DNA of 56,283 nt, the filler included, from Sphacelaria rigidula (Eukaryota), in NCBI GenBank assembly GCA_964200075.2. It is 5 parts of 5 records of this genome, joined end to end, with 100 filler letters (N's around TTAATTAATTAA, not from the genome) between each part and the next. Parts side by side here need not be neighbours in the genome. Positions count along the whole stretch, not along the records: positions 1 to 11,179 come from CAXNAA020005280.1; positions 11,280 to 22,457 come from CAXNAA020005281.1; 3 more parts are not named here. The stretch is one strand, 5' to 3'. The notes under the pieces were generated by a model. The model was not told where the DNA came from. It did not search any database and was given only the letters and a program-made list of their open reading frames with translations. Below are positions 1 to 12,040 of the stretch, one piece after another (the stretch's first letter is position 1; each line of letters opens with the position of its first letter). Both the position numbers and the translations under genes were made by a program.

Positions 1-43
1 AGCAACAAATGGCCCAAAATACCCCCCACCCTATCGTAGGATG
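1..43. mobile_element. Right end of a MITE (same family as 29180-29424)
   Basis: AAAATACCCCCCACCCTATCGTAGGATG matches the right end at ~29393-29424 and is the approximate reverse complement of the left end at 29180. Confidence 0.6.
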
Positions 44-443
44 ACTCTCAGGTATAGAGTATCGCTGGGGAATGATCCGTAACCCTGACCGTCGGCGGCT
101 TCGTGACGTCACTTCACCGACTATGTTGCATTCATGGGCGCACGATGACCATCAATGGAATGAGTGACGTTACTTTACGGGCTACAATGAGTATTGGCGA
201 ATGATGGCCATCCTAAAACTGAACAAACGTGCAGGTGAATGAACCCACCTGCCCCCACCCACGGCAGTACATACTTGATACCTCACAACCTCTTCGATGT
301 CAGTTTCAGTACAGAGCGCTACTCACTTTTATTGAGTAGTCGAGTAGACCGGTAGTCGGGTAGATATAATCAGAATGAGCGACTCTACTGGCCGCACATC
401 TGACTCCACCATGGGAGACCCAACGGTGGAAATAGTGGGAGGG

Positions 444-1044
444 CAGGTCGAGTAGAGTATGTACTTTTGAATACTCGGGTAACATACTCAAGCATTTTAC
501 TCTACTCAAACTCTGGGTGGGTTAAGTATTACCTCAAACAAGAGATTGATTACGACCTCAAATAAACTACTCAAATTTTGGGTAAGTCGAGTATGACCTC
601 AAATACTCTACTCAAATGTCTGGTAAATTGAGTATGACTTCAAATAATCTCCTCTATTTTTGGTGAGGTTTAGTACGACGTCAAACCCTCTACTCAAATA
701 TTGGGTGAGCACTCTCAGCAACACTTGGGTATGACGTCAACGCTATACTTGAATTTCGGTTAGATTGAGTATGGCTGTAAATACTCCACTCAGATTTTGT
801 GTAGATTGAGTACGACCTCGAATTCGGGTAAGTTATCTCAGTAATACTTGGAGTATGGAGGATCACTTGAGTATGACCTCAAATACTTTACACTCCAATT
901 TTGGGTAGGTTGAATATGACTTCAAATACTCTACTCCATTTTGGGGTAGACTGAGTACGACCTCAAACACTCTGCTCAAATTTTGAGGACTAAAAGTATG
1001 ACTTTTCGAGAATACCGAGTATTGACTTTACTCTACTCGACCTG
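444..1044. mobile_element. Non-autonomous TIR element filled with a ~41-bp tandem array
   Basis: Perfect 16-bp TIR CAGGTCGAGTAGAGTA / TACTCTACTCGACCTG, plus inner AATACTCGG / CCGAGTATT. The interior is degenerate units like GAGTATGACCTCAAATACTCTACTCAAATTTTGGGTAAGTT. No clear TSD. Confidence 0.75.
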
Positions 1045-1449
1045 ACTTCGGACTATTTGTACAAGTCCGTTGCGAAACTCGATTAACTGATTGAAAGCTG
1101 CAATTTTCAAGTCGAAAAGGGCCTTCGATACTCAAATCAATCAAGTTAGGAGGTTGTATCGGGCACGGGACACTTCAGCACACATATCGGCAACATTTCA
1201 CGCGGGTGTTTCGAGTTAGACTCTGAAAATTGAACACATGTACTTCACGTCATTACGACTTTCTGTGGACGGGGTGTTCCGATTTTTCATTCGCCGCTTA
1301 CCGGGGGTCCCGCAACGTCACGTGATCGCCTCATATTCCCCAGAACCCTAGGATCCTCGAAAACCGGCGGAATGAACGATTAAAAAAAAAACATTCACAC
1401 AAAGCTTCGTCGTGACTTGACGTAAAGATACACAGATTTTCAGAATTTA

Positions 1450-2450
1450 ACTCTAAGCCTTGCGGGAAGGTCTGCGGATGAGTGTAGCTCGGTGTTCACC
1501 GTGAACTAGATTGTATCCAGAAACGGTTTGTGTGGCCAAAACGTGTGAACGTCAATGACTGTATGACTGTGTGATCTTGTGGCCTATACCCTGAAGAGCG
1601 AGGCCACGGAGAGTGTTCCTTTTCTAGGTCGGCATTACTTCTGGCACCAACAGGCACTTCTCAGAAACATTGCGGCTCGAGGATACTAATCCGAAACAAG
1701 GATTGTTGTTGTGACACGCGGGGCAGTGTTCCGAGCCCATGAGACCCAAACAAGGTCACACGCGTTAGATCGTGCCTGATGTCATCTCTCGTTTTGAAAC
1801 GATGTGAAGAAAATCAATTAAATCGTGAGACAGTCCCTGGTTGTTCACCCATGTGGAGTGACGTCCCCCCGTATATATCCCGTATAAAATCAATGCTTTT
1901 CCCAAGGGGTTTCCAACGTAGGCGTGACCATCGGTGCATTCCCAGATAACGTGCTCCAAAACACTCCCTGACTCATCTCGTCACAATTGGAATGAGGTTG
2001 TCGCTCTCTTCCCGACTCTCATTACGAATGCACACGTGGCACCGGCGTCGGCGCAAAGCCTGAGAGTAGTGCTTCCCATCGAAACCTGTCACGTGCTGTA
2101 ATTCGTCATCCCAAATCGGCCTACAGAACTCAACAACAAGGCATGTCTGTTGTGCGCCATAATGCACCAAGTCAGTTTCTCCTACACGAAATGGAATTCA
2201 GCTGTAGAGACGGCACAACGCCCTTAGCACGCATGCCAGGTAATGAAATCGTGGGCTAATGCACGTGGGGAGCGTGTGCTAGCATGTACAAACGAATTAC
2301 TGAATCCTGTTCCTCGCTAACGTCTCGACAGCGCTGCAGGGCACGCGGTGAACGGAGCTCGAAACCTGCAGCGGAACTTCTCTGATCCGCAGCAAGCCTG
2401 AACGGAAGTGCTCCAATGCAGACCGAGTGTGGGGCGAGGATCACTGCTAC
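1450..2450 (-). pseudogene. Possible heavily decayed DDE transposase (Sola2-like motif order)
   Basis: Across frameshifts the minus strand gives ETDLVHYGAQQT, GFDGKHY, ESDN and PLGKALILYGIYTGG. These loosely follow the QSxHW..Q.T, SDDxxHD, SDG/N and HGKG..DG.GG motif order. Recognised by eye only. Confidence 0.3.
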
Positions 2451-3649
2451 GTAAGTTCCTGTTGCTCACTCTTTCATGACAAAAGCTCACCCGCGAAAGC
2501 GATTTTTTCTGCCGCCGTATCTCTCACGTGATACATCTGCATACTTCATTGTTCAAAATTCGGGACAGAGGGTTTGAATAATCGCAACGTATAAATACCT
2601 GCGCTATGAGGAGCATCACAAACCACATTAATACTGTAGTGCTTTCGTATCTCTCTCGTATCATCCACTCCCAACTACTCTGTCCTTCGTTTTCGTCGTC
2701 CTTCTCGAAGGGGTGGGTGCCGTCGTCGGTGTGGTTACTCAGACTATTTCCTGTCCACCGATCGGTGTGACAAAAGAGTTATGATCGTGAATTGAAGTCT
2801 TGTGTGCCGTGAGCCGTGTAGTGTGATGATGGCTAGGGTCGTTTTCTCATTTCAAGTTCACCCCAAGTACTCGGACGGTGCTTGCTCGAAAAGTGGCACC
2901 ACACTAGAGCCGTCAATCGCACTCTTCCTGCTTTGCGGAGGACGTCAATTTCTGAATCCCTTCCTGTACCTCCGCGATGACTACCGAAGTTGGGATTGTT
3001 CAACCAATCGTCTAACCTACAAGATGTACATGAATGCGTGCAGTACCCTTGCGAGTACGGTTTGCTGAGGACTGCATTTGTCGCTGCAGGTGCATTCATC
3101 GTTTTGGCCCGGTAACATAAGGCACTGCAGTCCCGGAGACCCACACGCTGTGCTCCGAGCTGAACCAGGTGAATACGACGCCACCCCATGCCGTACCGCA
3201 CACTCTGTGCCGCAGTCATACCGCCAAGATCAAGTACTGTACTGTACCGTACAGTCCTTCTCCAAACACCGTACTCGAGGACAACCCTGCAACACTCTTC
3301 AAATCGAATGAATATTTTCAAGCCCTAGGTTTAGAAAGTGTCTGTCTGAACCGTGTGAAGTACCGACTTGGAAACCGATTAGATAGTCATAACTTTGCCA
3401 TGAGTACTGGATAACCATTCTCAGGCTGTGCGGGTTCATGTTTCTTGAATGGTGTTTGCAACGCAGCCCCGTTCTCATGGCCAGAGCGCACCGCAAACCA
3501 CGCTGCTTGTCATTGCAAACAGCCGTTATCGGAGTGACAAAAGTACAAACCGCACCTTCAGTGTTGGATCGATTCACGACCGTGCCCACCTAGCGGCGCT
3601 GCTCTCCCACTCCAAGCAAGACAGCAACACCCCATAGATAACTCAAATA

Positions 3650-4950
3650 TGTCTGACGCCAAATGATCGCGCGAAACAACGTAGCCAGTCCGGTTGGGGT
3701 GGCCATTCATGTAGACCTCCAAGTAATGGTTTTCCTTGAACATCCTATCCCAATATTCGAGCCTGCTGATCATCGGGGGGCAAAACATTCACTATGTAAC
3801 TCTTCGTCGAGTAGGAAGGACGCCATGTAACCCTTGACTAGTTTCAGAGCGTACACCGCTGAGTAAGCACGCAAGGCATGTGCACGACAAACACAATTGC
3901 ATTCGTGCATGACCTTTCGCCTCGTGACTAGCATATTCCACCTGTGCTGCACTCGACATCGAAACGAAACGTAAGGCTACAAGACGTTCCTACAAGTCTA
4001 GCCAATCCAACGACCTCATCGTCTTTCTTCCCGCTAGAAATGAACTACTCCGCTACTGTACGAGGACCGCAACAATCATAGCTTCTGCACGGGATGAGCT
4101 TGTCGTATACACGTCACAGCCCCTTCCTGTAAAAGATGGCAGCGATTGGGTGCCGACAGTGCGATCTCGCACGCCTGCAAGGTTTGCTAATAGCCATATA
4201 TAAGGAGAACACCTCAGCTGTAGGCACGTAAACAAGGCACCTACAATGGCAGAAGATCGAAGTCAACTTTACAGTTCATGCCTGTTCTGTTGCCGCTGTT
4301 GCGTGTCTGTTGCCAAGAAGAAATAAACGGCGACTACTCTTGCAAGTCGTTGATGGGGCGTCAGGAGCTCGTCAATGCCTCCATCTCCGTCAGCCGTCCG
4401 TCACCTACACTCTTCCATAGTGATTGTCGGAGCTGTTTTGGTGAGCATGAGTAGGCTAGTAGCGCTGGTCTAGCTATTGGCATCAGCAGCAGTGCACGTG
4501 GCGGAATGATGGGGGGAAAGTGGGTCCCCTGAACATCCAGACAGTACAATGCGTACAGACGTGCATACAAGTAGTCTTAAAGCGACAGTGCAGTGCTCTG
4601 TTGGTTGGACATATCGATAGAACCGTTGCTCTGGACACCAAGCTTCTGCGGAACCTGTAAGTTGGCTGATGGGCATGTGAGCGATCATCTTCATTCACGT
4701 GAGGCGAAATCAGCTGCGAACAGTCGTTAAGATGTCAGCGGGTGGCCATCACACACTCTCTATGATGAGGCAGCGAGGTAGATCTGCGGTCTAAGCTATC
4801 GCGGATGTCGCTATTGGTCATCAGATATTGCTTTGAAGCTACTGTTCGATTGACCCTGCACCGTGTCCGGAGCACGAGCCAGAAGAATCACAAGCCGTAT
4901 AGAGAGGAATAATAACACCCCCGGGGCATCTGGTATCCATCAGAAGCCTC
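3650..4950 (-). pseudogene. Possible decayed MULE/MuDR transposase with SWIM finger
   Basis: Minus strand gives YTTSSSRAEAM (cf. TSxxxES), then HECNC..(frameshift)..HMPCV (SWIM-like), then EYWDRMFKENHYLEVY. Many stops and frameshifts. Confidence 0.35.
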
Positions 4951-5079
4951 ACATACAGCTTGAGATTTCACACGGCAGAAAGAGACACGAACATCACCAT
5001 GGCCCGGGGGCGACATGTGTCGACAAGGTTTCGAACGAAAGTAACTGCTCGAGAGGTCGCGATAGAAACATTTTTCTCA

Positions 5080-6370
5080 ATTGATACAGCCGTGACGGTC
5101 ACCCAACAATGGCGCGCAACGGCTTCAAAACGCCGGCCCGAAAATAGGTTGTCGGTCGGACGGCCACCGTAAAATCTTCCTCCCATCGACATGCTTGTAT
5201 TCCCACGATCATCACAACAACAATATATATCGTCAAAGGTGCCCATGCGTGTCTTGCTCTCCATCTTGCACCATTTTCCTGTTTTGGCTTCCTAGGAAAA
5301 TAAAGAACCCCGACCTTTTCCGCGTATCGTCCACACCCTGGACAATAGACGCCATCTATTGCGATAGCAATAGCATCTGCTGCGGTAGATGTCAATATTG
5401 TCGTCCGTTATGGCCATCGATCGGCAATTTTCTCTTCCTATTGTCGTTGGCAATGTCTATCGATAGACCAGTTTCCTACACTTTTGTCTGGGCAGCAGTC
5501 TGTTGTGGCCCTACAACGAAAACTATCACGGTCGACCAAATGCATCGATCGATAGCTTTACAAAATTTATCGATGACGGCAATGGCTATCGGTAGACCGC
5601 GTGCCAAATCTAACCATGACGATGGCTCTTGACAGATTGTATACCAAATCTATTGATGACGGCAATAGCTATTGATAGAGTGCGTACGTATCTTCGCGTG
5701 GCGGCAATAAATATCGATAGAAACATACCAGAAACTACTACTGTGGTATATAATGCCTACCGATAGATACTATCTGTCATCTATTGCCACACCTACATCG
5801 CAACATACTACGTATAGAGCATATTATACTCCGTTAAGGTACGGCAGAGGAGACGCAGGTGGGCATGCAGTGCGTATATAATGATTCTACTTGTCAATAT
5901 ATGACATCACATTCCCGCAGTTTTGTAAGAATCCGCAATATGTGTTTCCGAGAACAATCGATTGTTGACGGCAAGGCCCATATTGATGATACCAAAAAAT
6001 GCATTGTTGGTAGCAGAGGCTACCGATGTACGGCTCACCAATCTCTTGATGACGGTAAGAGGTATTGAAAGATGGCTCACCCAATCCATTGATGACGGCG
6101 ATGACTATCGGTGGATGGCTACCAAACCTGTTGATCATGGCAATAGCTATCGATATATAAATCCCGACATCTATTGCAGTACAAGACGTCCATCTATGGC
6201 GAGTGATAACTTATCTTTTGTAATTGCCAGTGACTATCGATCGACTATTGCAACATCTATTGTCCCTTGCAATATATATCAATAAATGTGTTTCACCATC
6301 TATCGTGTTTGACGATATATATCGATGAATTTTCCCGCATGTCTATTCCTGTAGCAATGGACTATTTGTG
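5080..6370. repeat. Degenerate ~43-bp tandem array with CTATCGATAG palindromic core
   Basis: Units resemble GATGACGGCAATAGCTATCGATAGA..ACCAAATCTATT. GATGACGG/GATCATGG falls at 6048, 6091 and 6133. Confidence 0.75.
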
Positions 6371-6742
6371 TGTCTATTGTTCAGAGTGTGGTATCGTCAT
6401 GGTCCACACCCCTTGCAGTAGGACTACGCAAACGTTCGACGCTTGCGTACTTTGCACGCTATCACTACACACAAAGCAAAAAGACTTGTTCGATTTCACG
6501 CACGATCGTTTTTCATCTCATCTGGAATCGAGGCCCGCCCCTTTACGTGCTGATGTTCCTCGATTGGGACCAGTTCTGTGCTGGTCACGTGATATTTTCA
6601 CTATAGTCGTCCGGTTCAAAGATGGCCGAGTGGCGTTTGAGACCGGTCAAGAGATGGTCACCGGTCACCAGTTTTACGCCGGCCGTTATTTCCGTCCCTT
6701 CATACGAGCTGGTTCAGATTGAACGCCCAAAATGCATTCCCC

Positions 6743-7035
6743 GGGATTTCCTCACGCCGTTTTTTCGAGTAAGACCACGAAAAATTGCACACATGTTCTT
6801 GAGGGCACTATCTAAAACTCGTAGACCGTTTTTGTTGATGTTGTTGTTGCTATTGATGTCGAGATAGTCGAGATCTGACCCCTCCCCCGGTCAGGTAGGT
6901 CAACCGCGGCCTTGGATAAAAAGCCACCAACAAAAACAAATTAAAAACCCTGGTCTTCGAGTTTTAGATAGTGCCCTCCAGAACACGTGTACAAATTTTC
7001 TTAGTCTGACTTGAAAACTGGCATGAGAAAATACC
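6743..7035. repeat. Inverted repeat, ~85-bp arms (part of a TIR-element remnant)
   Basis: 6743-6827 is the diverged reverse complement of 6952-7035 (e.g. GAGGGCACTATCTAAAACTCG / CGAGTTTTAGATAGTGCCCTC). TACGAGCTGG at 6703 resembles the terminus at 42947. Confidence 0.75.
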
Positions 7036-7309
7036 AAAACGTGCGCTGAAGTCTGCGTGCCCCCCTAATTACTTGATTGAAGTATAGAATCGCCCTTTTT
7101 GAGGGTTGTTTTTACGGTTAAAGACCCAGCCGATTCAGTTTTTCGAGTTGAGCAACAATAATTGATACACATGTTTCTTGGGATACAACTAACCCCAAGG
7201 TGTCAAAAAATCGGTTTCGAGGCATTCTGTACCGGTTTCCGGGGGGTCTTTATGCTGGGACCCCCGGAAGCCGGTAAAGAAGGAAGATACTTCAAAATCT
7301 TGCCAAGAA

Positions 7310-7625
7310 TTCAATACATATATGTATTAGTTGATCATATTGGAATTTTGCGATATAATGCCGGCGTATTATATATTGCTCCCCTTGGACTGCACACGTG
7401 TTGCGCGCCCAATATATATCGATGTCGTGGGACTGCGCACATATTGCTCGCCCAATATATATTGGTACTGTGGGGTTGAACACATATTGTCCCATCAAGA
7501 TATACTGGAGCAGCACGGGCGACAGCATATTGCACGACCAATATATATTGGGGTCGCATGGGTGAAAACAAATTGACCGGTCAAAATATATTGGGTCTAC
7601 GTGGGTACCAATATATATTGGATAC
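7310..7625. repeat. 43-bp tandem array with CAATATATATTG palindromic core
   Basis: The core recurs at 7411, 7454, 7497, 7540 and ~7583, with ACATATTG between. Confidence 0.8.
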
Positions 7626-8939
7626 TATAAGTATGGTGTACGCTGTAACAAAAGATGGATGCCGGAGCCGGTGCAGATTGGGAAAAGCTTCAAGGGGAGC
7701 CGCAGAAGTTCGCGTACATTACCACGGAGAGTTGTCGAATGCGTTTGACACACACGTACATGTCTAACTAAGATTACGTGTGAACGCTCCCGTGCGAGCG
7801 GGTCGATTAGACCTACTCTTAAAACAGTACACTTCACAAATGCCTCGAGCTTTACTTCACCCTGCGACATTTTTCATCTTCGAAAGCTTGATGAGACAGT
7901 GCAATGTTTTTCCACCACCGGAAACCATCGACAAGGGAGAGATTCGAGCTTCGACCCAACCTCTGAGTGCCTGAAAGTTTGCGCGTGATTGGCAATACGC
8001 GGAACCCTCATCGTGGATCTCACACTTGAGTTCTGAATGACGCAAAAATTATTCTGAAAAACGGGAACATGCATCATACACGAATAAACAGGAGACACAG
8101 CATTTGTGTGAACGACCTAACCTGTCAGTGTTTGAAAGATTGCGCGTTGTAGACGGTAGTACCCGCTTGCTGTTCCGGTCAACTCCCACGACCTTCTCCT
8201 GTGTCTTGCCATCGTAAGCAAGGTCAACTCCCAACATTTCGGTAATCGAAATCCAAATTTTTATGGCGTGTCGTAGTCGTCAATGCCCACCAGTAGGTAA
8301 AGGAATGGAACCATGCTTCGAAAATATGGTGTGGATGCGAAGATTTTTATCCTCGGGGTTCTCATCCTCAATGAAAAGATCCATCCGTAATTTCGATGAT
8401 TGATTGACTGTTGAATGTATACGTACTAGTATACTCTATATATACAGTAAATACAACGAGCTGTGACCGAATTTTTCGTTCATTATAATTTTGTCTCTAA
8501 TATACCAACATGTACTATGTAATACATGTATGATACAGTATGATACTTATTGTGATTTACCCCGATGTGATGGTACTCATGTACATTTATTGCACAGCAA
8601 AACACTACACCACGACTGTACTGCTCAATCATTTTTTCGCTGGTTACTGCGAGACCCCTGCAGATGATCTGTCCAAGCAACACTGCAAAAAAAACGAAAC
8701 GTCTCGCTGCATTGTGAAAAAAAATGTTTTATAGAATTTCATCGTTTCGTACGCGCGCGGGAGGAATACGAAATTGGCCTCAAGGAAATTCATCACTGCG
8801 CGTGAGCGGAAAATACGAAGTTGGCTTCAATAAATTATGCTTGGCTCGGCGATAAGGATAAGATTTGAGCCTCGCCTCAAATTAAGGTTTCTCGAGTAGT
8901 GACGCCACCTGTACTGCCGCTGGTGCCGACAGAATATTG

Positions 8940-9260
8940 CGGTGGACGGTATATATTCGTGTAAATATGTGATTCCAAACCTTGTGATGGCATTGGCTAT
9001 CGATAGATGCCACCTGCAACGACCGATTGTCGACAATGTATATTGACGGATACCCCCAAATCTATCGTTGGCAAAGGCCATCGATAGATTTTCATCTCAT
9101 TTTTTGGTGACAGCATGGTTATCGATAGGTGGGGTACCAAATATTATGGTGACGGTAATGGCTATCGATAGCTACATCCCAGGATCTAGTGCGGTATATA
9201 AGATCTATTAATGGCCAGTGATCTTGATCTATTACCGTTGCAGAGGACCATCGATCGACG
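8940..9260. repeat. Second block of the CTATCGATAG ~43-bp array
   Basis: Same unit and orientation as 5080-6370 (e.g. GTGACGGTAATGGCTATCGATAGC). Confidence 0.7.
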
Positions 9261-9867
9261 GTTGTAGCATCGTTTGTCTTCTTATCAATAAACGTGTTTC
9301 ACCACATGTTGTGTTCGACGGTATAGAAAACAACGATATTGGCCTCAAAGTTACCCTCATGGCTACCTCCCCCAACGACTTTTGCTCAAATTTACCACGA
9401 CAGGGGACAAAGTAGCGACGGATATTTTCCAACAGCTGGTGCGAAATGCTCTCTTGTGTTCAAGCGCAACGGTCATATTCCGTTCTGAAATCCGAAACAC
9501 GATACACAGAACTAACGCTGCGATTCCCGACATATAGTGCTACTTCGGATACGAGTAGGGCATGCTGGAAGGTTCATTCGAGACAAGGAATGCGCCAATA
9601 GCTTGACAACATAACTCTGAGGTATAATCCCATCTATTCTGGGGGGCAAAGATTTAACTAGAGTCAACCTGAGTCAACTTGTCCGACGTGTGGATGTGTC
9701 ATGTGTTCAACCACCAGCGTCTCCACGGTCATGAAGTTGTTGATTTCATTTTGCCAGTCTGATATGGCCACAGCCGGCCCTGCTGACCGTTGTCGGTTGT
9801 GCGGACCCAGTATGATAATCGTGTGCATGGGCTACCGACTTTTCCGATTGGTGCACGTAACTACATC

Positions 9868-10330
9868 TGTGAGTTATGGCAACATACCTTGGCGGTGCAT
9901 ATTCTGGTCAGATGAAAAACACTACATACCTCAGCGGTGCATTTTCCGATCTGATGGGTTTTAGAACATGATTTAGCGGTGCACATTCTGGCCGGGTCAG
10001 TTATCAACATAACCCAGTGGTGTATATTCTGATCGGGTAAGTTATAGCAACATAACTCATGAGTGCATACTCTGGCTGGGTAAGTTATAGAACAAAAGTC
10101 AGAGGTGCATATTCTCGTGGGGTGGGTTTGTAGCCCATAATTCAACGGTGCATATCATGGCCAGATGAGTTCTACAACGTAACTCAGTGGTCCACATTAT
10201 GGCCGGGCGAGGAATAGAACGAACTCAGCGGCGCATCTTCTGGTCACGTGAGTTAGAGAACACAGCTCATCCGTGCAAGACCTGGCCGGATGAGCAGTAC
10301 CTCACTACAGCAGTTACACAACATAGCTCA
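9868..10330. repeat. 42-bp tandem array (same family as 26390-27640)
   Basis: CGGTGC at 9893, 9935 and 9977. Unit is approximately AACATAACTCAGCGGTGCATATTCTGGCCGGGTGAGTTATAG. Confidence 0.85.
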
Positions 10331-11132
10331 ATGATTTCATCAGTTGCCCGACTTCTATCCAAGTCCAGCACATGCGAACTCATTATCAGGTAAATATTAC
10401 GTTCATTTGGGAAACAACGGACCAGCCTAACAACAAGGTTTTCCTCCTCGGCTCGTGTTGAAATTTGCGGTAAACATTACTGCATGTACATCAGACGGTA
10501 GTGCAGCCTGCAGACAGTAGTGTTGACACTAGTAATATTGCTACTGTGATGGCCGTGAATGGGGCCCAATTTTGGGCACTATATATCGGGAAAATGGACC
10601 GACCAACTACACAGAAAGTTGAATGCAGAAGAAATGAAACCTCAATGAGCCAATCAGTATCAATCACAAGTATACGCGTCACTCGAAATGACGACGACGC
10701 TCATACAAAATGTACTATGTATATAGTACATTCTACAGCAAACCTGTGACTAAAGTTGCTGGACACCTGTACACAGCGTTACACCATCAGGAGGATAGAA
10801 GCCGCTGCTCGTGTTGTTGTTGTGCCCCTCTTGTTGCAGTATGTCGTTGTGCTCCACTTGTTGCAGTACGCTGTTGTGCCCATTTTTCGACGCAGTTTTC
10901 TCGGCAACAAAGCAGAGGATTGGACTGCGGTTTAATGCGTGCGCTTCCCACACACGAGAAGTAGTCAGTGTGGCTTCGGATTATCGTAACGCGTGCCGCA
11001 GAGGGCGCACAAATTTGCAAACCTCTGAAGCGAACACAAAATGTACTTAAAAACGCGTTTCCTTCAACGTTCTGGGGCTTTCGGATTCGCTGTGACGAAT
11101 CGAGATACTCCGCCGATACGCTGGCTAAGTTT

Positions 11133-11134
<2 letters not shown>

Positions 11135-11179
<45 letters not shown>
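11135..11179. repeat. (GT)n microsatellite at scaffold end
   Basis: Directly visible. Confidence 0.95.
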
Positions 11180-11279
11180 NNNNNNNNNNNNNNNNNNNNN
11201 NNNNNNNNNNNNNNNNNNNNNNNTTAATTAATTAANNNNNNNNNNNNNNNNNNNNNNNNNNNNNNNNNNNNNNNNNNNN
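11180..11279. other. Artificial scaffold spacer
   Basis: N44-TTAATTAATTAA-N44, exactly 100 bp, with stops in all six frames. Confidence 0.97.
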
Positions 11280-11574
11280 GTGAGCACTACAGTTTGAGCG
11301 CGGCCTACGCTTTCTCCCTAAATCTACGGGTGCTAGCACTTTCAAGTTGTGGTGAAAAACGGTACCCCAGAAAAACTCAGAAAAAAGGACAACTACGAAT
11401 TCTGAAAACTTCTGACGTTGACCACCATATGTTTTCGTAGTTGCATTTTAAAAATTTTGTTGCGGGTCTGATATCGGTTATTGTGCTGTATGTGAACTAC
11501 TTGAAGTCCATGTGAAACTGATCAATTATATGTATCATATTTCACATCAGACGTAGGCTTTTGCTTTTCAGCCC

Positions 11575-12040
11575 GCTTCTCATGGACTGAAAAAAATGTG
11601 TCTGAGAACTGCCCTTTCGAACCCTTCATGACGGATTGTTGCCGGAATCCGGGCCTTGGCGGATTTGGCCTCCTCGGAAATGTTTGCTCTATTTTTCACG
11701 AGGATTCCAGCACGCTAGTCCGATATTTCGTACTCTCAGTTTCACCCTTGGCCGGATTCTGGATCTGTTCAGTCACCTGAAGAAACTTCGACTTGTGGGC
11801 ATAGAGTACGTCTTTTTCCCGATAACTGGACGATTTTTGCGGCGACTGATAAAACCCAGAATCCGGCTAAGAGTAAAACTGGGAGTACGAAAGATCGGAC
11901 AAGCTCGCAGGAATTCTTGTGAAAAATAGATCAAATCTTCACGAGAGGCCGAAATCCGCCAAGGCCCGTATTCCGACAATGATCCAAGGTGAAATGTTCC
12001 AAAGGGCAGTTCTCACAAAGATTTTTTTTCAGTCTAGAAG
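11575..12040. mobile_element. Foldback/MITE-like element with ~200-bp diverged inverted arms
   Basis: 11584-11790 is the reverse complement of 11830-12036 (e.g. GGGCCTTGGCGGATTT / AAATCCGCCAAGGCCC), with a ~40-bp loop. Confidence 0.8.

Noticed and set aside
9861-10145. 14-aa Cys-repeat protein read from the 42-bp array
   Set aside because: Indels shift the frame between units, and the related array has stops in that frame.
11224-11235. Recurrent TTAATTAATTAA motif at ~11.3-kb spacing
   Set aside because: It is an assembly linker with stop codons in all frames, not biology.
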